NCBI GenBank assembly: GCA_040285825.1
Contig: JAUPSS010000003.1
Location: 1 to 64,000 of the forward strand
DNA length: 64,000 bases
Direction: 5' to 3'
DNA from: Eukaryota sp. TZLM1-RC
Lineage: Eukaryota > Protista > Metamonada: BaSk clade
The number at the start of each line of letters is the position of its first letter. The first letter of the stretch is position 1. A program made the translations under genes and the position numbers. Shown here piece after piece: positions 35,880-46,473 of this stretch. The notes below the pieces were generated by a model that had not been told where the DNA came from, made no database searches, and worked only from the letters and a program-made list of their open reading frames with translations.

Positions 35880-37325
35880 TCAACCTTGACTCTCTGCAGG
35901 TATCCTGGTCTGTCTCCATCATTTACATGTGCTACCATCACCGCCAACATATTTAGCGAAGCATTTCGATCTCTATTCCACAAACTTTCGCATGATTTAC
36001 ACATGGTAACCCAGTGACGAATAGACATCTCATGCCTCTTCCATGGCCTAGAATTTCTGCACCATCGGAATGTTTCAACTGTTTTCTCCGCTGTCTTACA
36101 GTTGAAACAACATCAACTGGTTCGAAACTCATCAATCAAAAATACCTTTTAACCAGCCTTTTTAAATAGAAATCTCAAACCTTTTTCTTTGGTAGGTTCT
36201 TTGAATTTCATGTGTTTTCGTTGTTCCCAGTCTGCGATTCCAATAACTACTTCGATGGGATCACCAATTACTGATTTGAATCTCTGTATCATCTTCGCCT
36301 CAGATCTTGTGCGATTAATCTCAGCCCACCATCTTAGTTTCCTAAATATTTTTTTGATGATAGACTTCACCAACATTACTATTCACAAAATTCTTTTGTT
36401 TAATATACTCCATAAATCTATCAAACCTGCAGCTTTTGGAGTTGAATTGGGATAAAGTTGCTTCCCATCCTGCTACAGATTTAGTCGTGTGATCATTATT
36501 TCGCAAATCTAATGAGTAATCAATTTCGTGGGGAATATTGATTTCTTGAGATACTTTTCCTCTTAATAAACTAATTGTTCTTTCAGTCATTTGATCAATT
36601 ATACTGCTGTTTAAATCCATCCTTTGTTGTTGCTCTTCAGATGGTTCATAATTGGATAGATCAATCACTCTACCAGTAGATTTACTTATTGTGATAAGAG
36701 TGTCATTCCGTATGATGTCTCTTATTCTTTTGAATTTGGAACTTTTCGACTCAAATCTTCGTTCATTTTGAGTGTACCTGAAATGAACATATTTATCTCT
36801 CTCAGGTTTATTGAATGAGTCATTGCAGTAGCTAAATTGGCAGAAAAATAGAGTAGATCAGATTTCCCTGGATCAGCAGTAGCAAGAATCATATCTTGAA
36901 ATTCAGAAGGATTGATGCTGGGGTCATCAATGTAGTTTTCTTTATCTTTTAACACTTTTGCAGTTACTTTGTACTTTTTCAAGTCAATTCTAGATTGAAT
37001 GAATGATACTGCTATTCCATCAGTCTCGATACTAGACATGATGTACTTGAAACTTTAGTGTTTTTAATCTTATCCATTTTCAGAATGGTGCTATGGTGGA
37101 CTTGGTGCATAAAACCAAGTCAGCAGCTTGATTATTTCATTGGTAGGAGGACCTTTGACCAAGAATGTCCTTGAACTCGACAAAGAACAAGTCCATTAAA
37201 CTTGTCTTGTCAATTCTGATATATGAGGGAATACAAGAATTCGTCAAAGGCAGAGCATGAAAGAATTTGCTCTCCTCATCTTCTAAATAATTTTTAATGT
37301 AAAACGTTGCCCTCAATTAGAATTT
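35880..37325 (-). mobile_element. Fanzor (TnpB-like RNA-guided endonuclease) pseudogene, 5'-truncated
   Basis: ALPL..IP.YIRID, SIETDG, RuvC-I DPG, RKLRWW..IN..RSE, IADW..KFKEPTK, RuvC-II LIDEFRTS, CCFNC...CKSC Zn finger, RuvC-III WNRDRNASLN and RPGYLQR. Contains in-frame stops and frameshifts. Confidence 0.9.
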
Positions 37326-37599
37326 TCAATTTGATTTTGATGAAAAATCAAATTTTGAATACTTTTCCCTTTTGGAATTACTGGGAAGAAAAAGAGGGAT
37401 CCGGTCATTAATGAAAAGCGAAGTAATTGATGGGACTTTGTTTCTCATTGCAGAAGATTCGCCATCAATATCTCTACATCCTTCTAGAAGGAGAAATTTA
37501 ACTTTGCTGATGAATTATGAGAAGTTTTTCTTATCTTGCTTTTTAATAACATTGTTGTTTCTCATAACATCATAGAAATGTGGATTGCAGAGAATCCGC

Positions 37600-37930
37600 C
37601 TCAGTATAGCTTCAGCACAGACAACAACTATATCAAAGTGAAATTGCTTCATGATAAATTGATGTGTCCAATTTACCAAAACCCATCGTTAAATGGCCAG
37701 AATCATTGTAAATACAGAAATAAACTGAAGAGCGAGGCCAACTGGATCAAGAGAATAACACACAAAATTAGATACTGCCTTATAAATACTGTAATTGGCT
37801 TTGGAAATTCGGACGCAAAAACTAATTGTAAAGGTAAATCAAGCACCTTGAGAGCGTACCGAAAAGAATTCTCTGAAAAGCTGGTATCAAAGTCTGCTTG
37901 GAGAATGACTACAGTGCCAGTCAAGAGTTT
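37600..37930 (+). pseudogene. Second, divergent Fanzor fragment (pre-RuvC-II region)
   Basis: YRNKLKSEANWIKRI...VIGFGNS...KGKSST, then a frameshift to KAGIKVCLENDY. Confidence 0.65.
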
Positions 37931-38039
37931 TAGGTACATTATGGCGTTACTCACTGAATATTTTTTTAAAAACCTTTGCTTATTATTTCATAATAACAAA
38001 AAACTAAACAAACTGAAAATAAATCTTCATACCCCAAAT

Positions 38040-38860
38040 CAGCCAAAAGGAAATTGACTGGAAGTTTTTCATTCAAAAAAACAACCAAGAGATAATAAAG
38101 CAAAAGATAATAATGGGACAACACCTTTAAAAATTAAAAGTACAATTCTGTTCTGCCAAAACGTCTTGTCAAAAATTGTTGCTGAACGTTGTTTCACAAT
38201 TTCCACAAAATCATCCATGAAAGATAAAGGTCCAAGCGTGGTATGTAGGGAAAAATCAAATGGAGAAAGGGCACAATAAGTAGGGGATTCAGCATTCAAA
38301 ACAGCAACTTTGCTTTATATTTATCAATGTTGGTGTTCTCGGCAACAGACAGAGGATTCTTGTATTTTGACTGAGCTAACGGTATAAAAGAATCATTACA
38401 CACATCAGTGGATCTCAGATCGGTAATGATAGTCGTCCCTCCAAGATCTTCAAGCTTTAAATCACCTCTATTTCGACCAAAAGAATTCAATGTATCTTCA
38501 TCAACCAAACGAGAGAGTAATGGTTCTAAATAAGAAAATAAACTTGAAAATAAACTCGAAGAAGATCTGTTTTGGGCATCTAAGAAAAAATTTGCCAAAG
38601 CGGGATTATCATTTCTGGTCGAGCCAAGACGAACATTAACCTCCAAGCCTTCAAAAATTATTGTTAATTTTTGTTACACTTTTTTAACACAATACCTCAA
38701 ATGTATCAGCGTTCTAGGTGGTATTTCCTGTACATTCTCGGGAAAGCCTTTACTCCAAATGTCAGGGGGCAAACAATCAAGAGCATTTTCATGATCTTTT
38801 AGATAATTGTTACTTGTAGAAATCAGTAAATCAACATCATTCAACAAAATTCAAAAACAA
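38040..38860 (-). mobile_element. CRE-like 3' fragment with internal deletion
   Basis: LEPLLSRL..NRGDL..DLRSTDV and FDKTFWQNRIV motifs. Confidence 0.8.
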
Positions 38861-38910
38861 CATTTAATTTACCTCTCATCTTTTGTCGTCTCTTATCATT
38901 ATCTATAACA

Positions 38911-40494
38911 ATGAGGATAACATCCTCTTCTCGCAAACTTGCTGCTTCTTATGTCACATTTCTTGAGAGCTTTTATTCAAACTTCTGGCTCCTTTTGTCG
39001 GAACGTAATGCTCGAAAAGAACAGCTTTTACTGGAAATAAACTATTCCTCTCATCTTACTGAGGAAGAAATTGGCTGTCTTGTACGTGAACATTTTGCTC
39101 GTGAAACTTCTCTCTTACGTATACAACGTATTTCACTACATGTCACCGACTTTGAATGGATAGCAAAGATTGGTTCTGGAGCATTTGCTACAGTTTATCT
39201 TGTTAGACGTTGTAATCATGATCAGTACTTGGCCCTTAAGCATATTCCCAAGTCATCTTTATCAATTGATTCAGTTGTAAGAGTTAGAACCGAGCGTGCT
39301 ATCTTGGCAGGTTCTTATTCCAGATGGATAACTCAGTTAGTTTACGCCTTCCAGACTGAAGATTCTCTTTTTCTTGCCATGGAGTTTGTTCCTGGAGGGT
39401 CTTTTTCCACATTATTAGACGAGCTTGGAATGCTTTCTGAGGACGTATCAATGTTTTATTTTGCAGAAATGGTGTTTTCAGTTCAGCAGCTTCATGCTCA
39501 AGGTTTTATTCATCGTGATTTAAAACCAGAAAACTTTTTGATCAATAAAGATGGTCACTTGAAACTAAGTGACTTTGGATTATCCAAAACAATAACTTCA
39601 CAAACAAATTCTGACCAAAATAATGTTTCAACAGACAGTTCAAGCATTGACTCTGCTTCTCTGCTGACTTTTTCAGTTGTAGGAACACCGAATTACATGG
39701 CTCCTGAGTTGATACAATCACATATTAATCTTTCAAATGCAAAACCTATTGATCCATCACAGCTGGGCAAATCTCTAGATTCTTGGTCACTGGGATGTAT
39801 TCTTTATGAATTATTGACAGGAGAACCTCCTATGCAAACTGATGGTTTGGACATCGAGAGACCTCCAGAAATATCAGATATTACATGGGACCTTTTGTGC
39901 AAGTTGTTGGACCTTAACCCTAGAACTAGACTGTCGATTGATAATATTCTCGAACACCCTTTTTTCAACGGACTACATGTTGATAAGCTGGAGACAGTTA
40001 GTCCTCCCTTTATTCCAGAACACTACCTTCAGGAGGAGACTGATTTGACATATTTCCCTGGTGCTGTGGAATTAAATGGTAACATTCCTGAAGAAGTACT
40101 TGGAATTCATCATTCTCCATCACCAAAATCTCCTGCTACACAACGCCAAAGATCTTCCATTTTACCGCCCACCCCAGTATTTGAGACTCCTAACCACACT
40201 TTTCTCTCTCCTTCTGCATCACCACTGGTTGATAAGTTGTGTCTCGAAGACCTGGAGATTGGACCAGTGCCTAGAACCACTGTTCGACCACGACCCAAAG
40301 TTACCAACCCTTCCCGCAATGCTCTTTCATCTCCCCGAAAGCAGGTGCAAGCACTCGATCTATCTCATTCATCACCTCTCGCCTCACCAATCAAGGAGTT
40401 TGATTCTGTGAAAATAAATAGGTCTCGTTCATTGTCTGAACCTGGTGCACATCATTTAGCAGGATTCACGTTTGTTGGGCACAATGTACGCTAG
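38911..40494 (+). CDS. AGC Ser/Thr kinase, NDR/LATS (Dbf2/Sid2-like) family
   Basis: N-terminal MOB-binding-like RETSLLR..R, IGSGAF, HRDLKPEN, DFG, an activation-loop insert before SVVGTPNYMAPE, and terminal hydrophobic motif GFTF. Confidence 0.88.
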   Translation: MRITSSSRKLAASYVTFLESFYSNFWLLLSERNARKEQLLLEINYSSHLTEEEIGCLVREHFARETSLLRIQRISLHVTDFEWIAKIGSGAFATVYLVRRCNHDQYLALKHIPKSSLSIDSVVRVRTERAILAGSYSRWITQLVYAFQTEDSLFLAMEFVPGGSFSTLLDELGMLSEDVSMFYFAEMVFSVQQLHAQGFIHRDLKPENFLINKDGHLKLSDFGLSKTITSQTNSDQNNVSTDSSSIDSASLLTFSVVGTPNYMAPELIQSHINLSNAKPIDPSQLGKSLDSWSLGCILYELLTGEPPMQTDGLDIERPPEISDITWDLLCKLLDLNPRTRLSIDNILEHPFFNGLHVDKLETVSPPFIPEHYLQEETDLTYFPGAVELNGNIPEEVLGIHHSPSPKSPATQRQRSSILPPTPVFETPNHTFLSPSASPLVDKLCLEDLEIGPVPRTTVRPRPKVTNPSRNALSSPRKQVQALDLSHSSPLASPIKEFDSVKINRSRSLSEPGAHHLAGFTFVGHNVR

Positions 40495-40724
40495 TGTTTT
40501 GCATGGGGCATCTCATCATCTCTTGATCAGAGATTTAGTTTTTAGTATTTTACTGTACATGTTTCACATTGATTTGCTTATTGTATATGATTATAAATTG
40601 ATTTGCTTGCATTATCTAAGTCAACATACATACAAATGATAGAAATTGAAAAAATAATATTGTCAAGTTGATTCTTCTTTAATTTTGTACCTTGTGATAT
40701 AATCCATAGCTTTAGTTTGCCATA

Positions 40725-41452
40725 CCGTGTTTGTGAAAAAGTTTGACCCAAAAAAAGTTCGAACAAAATAATAAATGTTCGAACATATTTCAGAAAAACA
40801 ACAATTAGTTGCAAATCATCTAAATAACTATTAATAACAATGAACTAAATATCAAACAACTATTCAAGGGCTTGAATGCATGCATCAATGTTTTTGCGAA
40901 CATGCTCCCACCCAATTAGAATATAGTTTTCCTCATTCGCTTTCAAATGCTTAAATGAATCAATGATCCACTGCCCAATTTTTGGTTTTACGGTTGTTGC
41001 CAATAAATTTAATCTTACATCATCTAAAGCTACATTGTTCTATTACTGTTTGTTAATGTCTTCGGTACAATATTCTCCAAATCCTGTTCTCAGCCGTTTT
41101 TTAAAGGGTACAATTAGAGAAACGTCCAGCACTCAAAATAAATCAGTGGCCATTGCAAGTATAAGTTCAATATTCAAATTAAGCTCTTCTGCGAGTGTAT
41201 ACACTTTTGCAAATCATGCGTATAGCGTTGGTCACAAATCGAAAGTGCACGATCACCAGCAGAAAAATTTAAATTGAATTCTTGTGCCATTTTTGCTCTT
41301 TCTTTTTTCAAATAGGGTAAAAAAAATGATTAAATATTTTATCTTTCACATATGTTCGAACTGAATAATGTTCGACCGAAAAATTTTCGAACAATAATAG
41401 TTGAGTTCGAAAAGTTCGAACTTTTTGGGTCAACGTTTTTTTACAAACACGG
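40725..41452 (-). mobile_element. Internally deleted pogo/Tigger-like (DDE_1) DNA transposon
   Basis: ~38-bp imperfect TIRs CCGTGTTTGT.AAAAA.G.TTGACCCAAAAA..GTTCGAAC with subterminal GTTCGAA repeats. Flanks are TA and CA. The minus strand encodes a DDE_1 remnant (LSICD..H...T..*VLDV..PFKK...KP..W). Confidence 0.8.
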
Positions 41453-41559
41453 CAATAAAATACAAGAAACATCTTATTGGAGTTGCAACAAGCCCTGAGA
41501 TTTACAAAGACTACAAGCAAAATTCATCTATTCATCAAAACGCAACTAAAAATAATAAT

Positions 41560-41970
41560 AAGTGAAAGGCTTGCTAATTCTGAAGTTCATAATCCTCCTT
41601 CAAATGCTGAAAATCTCAAAATCAAAAAATATACTAAACCTTTGTCCACATTGTCTTCTCAACAGCATGCAAAATACAATTTGTATCCAATTGTATTTTC
41701 TATAATTGGTTCTCATCTACTACCACCGCTTTAATCTTTTTGGCAGATTGTGAAATTATTGTAAAGAAAAGACCAGATAAAAATTTCAACATATTGTTTT
41801 GACAAAATAGTATTGTGTTTTTTATTTTTAAGGGTGTTGAAGGAGGTTTCTTATGCTTTGCTTTCTCTTGGATCTCACTATGAGAGAGTTGCATCTAGTT
41901 GTTTTGTTTTGGGAAAGATAGATTATTAAGATGTTGATTTATGAGGCCTTTAATAAAGAAATTTAAAAAA
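41560..41970 (+). mobile_element. CRE-like 3' fragment closely related to 14100-14510
   Basis: Segments gaaaggcttg.taattctgaa.ttcataatcctc and gagagagttgcatctag..gatgttgattta recur from the 14.1-14.5 kb copy. Confidence 0.85.
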
Positions 41971-41989
41971 TAGAATTCCAATAGTATTG

Positions 41990-42330
41990 GAATTATTATT
42001 CCAGATAGTTTGAAGAAGCAGACATCAACGAACATTCATAGACTTGCAAACGTTGGTGTGTCATGACTAGTGTAAAGAAATTGCTTGAAAGTGATTACTT
42101 TTGATTAAACATGTACAAAAGCATGATCAATCATATCAAGAGATGTCCGGCTTGTCAAAATACGGCACATGCGTTCGATGAAGATATTAAATCATCCAGC
42201 TCTATTTTCGGTCAATCGTGATTTTGCACAAATATATGCAGTTACAATGAAATTTTTACGATTATAAGGACAAGGATACTGCTATTTAAAACTGTTGTTG
42301 CCCGCTACAAGAAAATATGACTAAAATGTA
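41990..42330 (+). mobile_element. Gypsy integrase N-terminal (HHCC) fragment
   Basis: SDY...MINHIKRCPACQ. Confidence 0.55.
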
Positions 42331-43084
42331 TGAAGACGATTATCTTACAATTTGTGCAGCTCCGTTGTTTTGGATCAACGTCTTCACTCATTGTGAATAA
42401 AAAGGGGTTTATGTGAGAATAAGTCATCAGATTTATGAATATTTGCCACCATTCATGCGTCGAAGGTTTGGGCTACATGCTAATGTGTTGTAACGAACTT
42501 GTGTCAAATAAAGGTGTTTTGATCAGATTCATTACCAGTTTAGTCTCCTTGTTGTAGCGGACAACGGCTCTAAATACAAGCTGTTTAAATTGAAGATGAT
42601 GGTTTTTGCTCGTCAGTATTAGACATACATTAGAAGTAGTGAAATTTATTACGCAAGGGAATTGTAATCTCTCTACTTGAACGTGAGTTAAAAGTAATAA
42701 TAAACAATAATACTAAGGCCATAAATACTATTCAAGACTAACAAAGTATTGTATTTAAACCTTGCTTGCATCAGTACTACAACTGAATTCAACATATGGT
42801 ATTCGTTAAGTCATTTTTCAGTTATTTCACTAGTGCTTACCACAGACATTATGCCTTCCAGCACCAGTTTACAATGGATACGATTAAATGTAGCACAGAG
42901 AAACTGAATAAAAGCAAGTAACTCCTCTCTTATGGAATGTTGTTGTTTTGTTTGCCATTTTGCTGTTAAATCACACTAATTATGGTTTAATAATGAATTA
43001 TCTGCTATTATAAAGGCTATACGCTTGATGCAATATTGAAACTAATTTCAATTTATCATTGTTTTTTCATCAGTAAATTCTAGT

Positions 43085-44600
43085 TGTGTTAGGATAAAGA
43101 AAATTTTATTGAATACTATTCTATATAGAGGTACCCACCAATGAGCTACCTACACTACCTTCTTCCGTTTCTTAATTTAAATTATTTACGATTGTCTTTC
43201 CGCTCTTTGCGGATAAAGCCTTTTTTGAGGCACAATAAGATGAGCTACTGGATTTATTGGATTACTGTTTGCTTTAATTTGGTTTTTTATTAAATCGTAG
43301 CTACGTTTCTGTATAGCTGAACAATAAAGTATATTTTTGGTAGTCTCTTCAAGAAAATTTTTATGTCTGGACAATTGATTCTGTCTTTAGTAGGTTTTCG
43401 CAGAATAGTAATATAAATCATTGTATTGAACTAAACTATCAAAAGAAACTTTAATAATATTCACTATCATTCAAATTATTCTCACATCCCTATCTATTCA
43501 ATTGCTGAAATAAACTTTGGTTTACTACAGGAAGTTGCTTCTACATAGCCAATTTGGTATGTTTTTGTTTTAGTATCAAGTATAGCTTCAACATTCAGTA
43601 AGATGCAACGCTTTTCGTCTAGTAACAAAAACTAACTGGTCAGTTGTTGATAGCCCAAGTTGTTGTAACGTGTCTACCCCAATTAAAAATTGGTTCGAAC
43701 TCGGTATCATGGGAGAGTATGATCTATTGAAATTTGGTTCGCAATGCTACCAATAATGAACGTCAAAATGCCTTGTGTACTTCCAAATGAATTGATCGAC
43801 ACATTACTAGCTTGAATCAAACATAAGATGTCGTTTTCGTTAATGGACAATGAACACTTATTTGCTAGTCTCAAGAGATGACAGTACAATATGCATCTCT
43901 GTCCATCATGCCTTTTATCACTGTTTTGTTAACTTATACATGCAGTTCTGAAAACTGAGGCTGCTTGGATATAGTGTGGTTCATAAACTTGGGGCAATTT
44001 TATCTGCTCGATTGGAAAATTCTTTTTATTACGCTGTATTATGTTCGGTTGTTTATCAGTTGTGTTATTATTTACGAAAGAGAATGGGCGTCTGAGCTGA
44101 GTAGTCCACCCGACGAAACAAACATATCTGATTCAGTTGGGAGCTGCAGCATATGATGATTTCTCATCAATAAACGTTGTGTATTTACGTTATTTAATTC
44201 CTCTATTACTACCTTTAAAGCTATCAAAACTTCCTATGCTATTATTTCCTTGCCTTTTACTTCTGCTAGCGCTTTTATGATGACTCATTGGTACAAAAAC
44301 CAGCATAAGTGACGTTCTTGCACTGAAAAATTACCTGACCTGGTATCTGGCAAATAGTACAGAACTTGTGGTCTCCTCTGTAGTGTTTTTCGTTTGGCAA
44401 ATTTTTTTTGGAATAAATCGTCAGTGTCACTTATTTGTTTCTAGATGAGGTGTGAAGGTCACCTGTCTCTAGTTTGAGTTTAGTTGCAGCATATTTGAGC
44501 AGCTAAATTGTGTCTCGGTTTTGAGTTATTTTTATCCAGGTCGATATGTCAATGTTTGCTTTTCTCGTGAATTGGGGAAGCCTTTGAATTATCAAATTTT
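43085..44600 (-). mobile_element. Highly degenerate Gypsy element of the 19905-27637 family
   Basis: 43085-43380 aligns by eye with 19955-20270 (LTR part, purine tract, 3' ORF). Gag knuckle FCTICQIPGQVIFQC near 44310-44360. Confidence 0.6.
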
Positions 44601-44689
44601 CTGCTCAATAGCTCTCTTTACAAAATTCATCGAACAATGGTTCGGTAATCATTAGGTTGTTGATGCCCGTCAAAAAGGATTGAGCCACT

Positions 44690-46330
44690 GTTGACATTGG
44701 AAGGGTGAGTACTTGGCTCGAGGAATCCACGTCTTCGATCCTTGCAGATATGTTAGTTATGTGTGTCAAAATTCTCAAACTTATCAGCGCCTTTTATTGA
44801 ATTTAGCTTTTGCTACTTGAATTGGATTTTATGGAGAGTCAATTTGGCGTTAGCAGGTAAATTCAACTAACGACAGAAATAATTGGATCTCACTAACAGA
44901 TATCATTGCAACTATTTTCCAAAAAGGTGCATTTGATAAAAAGGATAAACGTGTCAGGCCAATACCACCATGCTTTTGCGATCTAATGGCATTAAGGAAA
45001 TGTCAACAATATTATTGATGTTCAGTACTGAACCCAAAAAATGGATTTTTTAGTCAAATACTGTTTCACACAGTCAATATTTAAATTTGGAGGAATAGAA
45101 CGAATCAAGTGGCTAGATTAAACCAAAGCATAACCTATCAACTTGAAATATGATATGCTTCTTCAAAGGTAAGTTTTGAATTTGTTCGAGAACATCACAC
45201 AACTTGTTGTTTCAGCGACTGAGCAATATATCCAAAATTACCTATCAATGTTTCAAACATTTCAATACAATCAACATCATTATTCACCAAAGGCAACTCG
45301 ATTACCTCAAAAGAGACAAAATCATTATGTCTACCAAGAACTTGACATTTAGATGGGTCAAGTTCAAGATCAATACGAGAAGCTAAAACTCCAAACAAAT
45401 TTGGTGCTTCTTAAACTATCGAAGTAGGTCCTATTGAGGAAACAACATCCATATATGCCACAATTTCAAGTTCTGGATGTTGTGACTTCAGGTGAACAAA
45501 AATTGGTTGAAGAAAATTACAAAAAAGGAAAGGTCCATTGAATCACCCTGTTTTACACCCAATTACAAAGAAATAGAATCAGTTTTCATAACTAAATGTG
45601 AATGAGCAGAATATAAAAATTCATACAAAAAACGACTTTTGCAAAACACACGTACAGATCAAAATAATGTCATGGATTAAACTTATATCATGTTTGAATC
45701 ATGTCGATTAGCTTCCTTTTGACATCCTATGCTAACAAAACTAATTCTTGATGACCCCAATATTGATAGTACGCGCTACAACAGAGCTTTCTATGGGTCT
45801 GATAAGAGGCGATTTGGTTGTATCCGGCTTAAATAGAAGCTTTACTATTCTAGATGCCATGTCCATCGACCCTTGTAATTTTTCTAACGAACATTTTATT
45901 AAAAGTGATTAAAAGTGTCAATAATCCTCTTTTTGCTGGCGAAAAATACAAACTTGCTAAATACGCGAAGCCATGGATTTTTGTCAATGACAATTCTCAT
46001 GCTCAATATAATCTATGTTCCTTTGCTGTTTCCTTGCTCGGATCTTTAGGTAAAGCTGCTTTGGCTTTCCTTAAGGATTTTAATATAGTTGCACAGGAAA
46101 GGACTGGAAAAATTTTCAATCGTGTTCACTGGCAAAACAGGATTGTAGTTGCAATTTATAAGAGAATGGTGAAATCAATTTCTGATTCACTTTCTTCTTT
46201 AAGAAAATGTTCTGAATTTTTAGTAATTATCTGTTTCGATTTAGAAGAGGCAGGTTTTGAGGATACGGGGTTTAAGTTGTGTATTTGATGATTTTTGTTT
46301 CGTAATTTGATCAATAAATAAGGTACTTCA
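44690..46330. mobile_element. CRE-like copy with 5' inversion (RT part on minus 44690-45620, RLE/3' end on plus 45640-46330)
   Basis: Minus strand has GVKQGD and VAYMDVVS. Plus strand has RGDLVV, FNRVHWQNRIV and AATAAA at ~46313. Confidence 0.7.
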
Positions 46331-46473
46331 AAAACAGCCAAAAACTAACTTTCATTGATTATACTATGTAAATTATACTGTAGAAGAAATTACAAAAATA
46401 GTCACCTTCGGACTCTCCCTCTTTCAAGTGTAGTATTGTTTTACTAAGGCTAAAACAAAACTTGAATTGTGTG

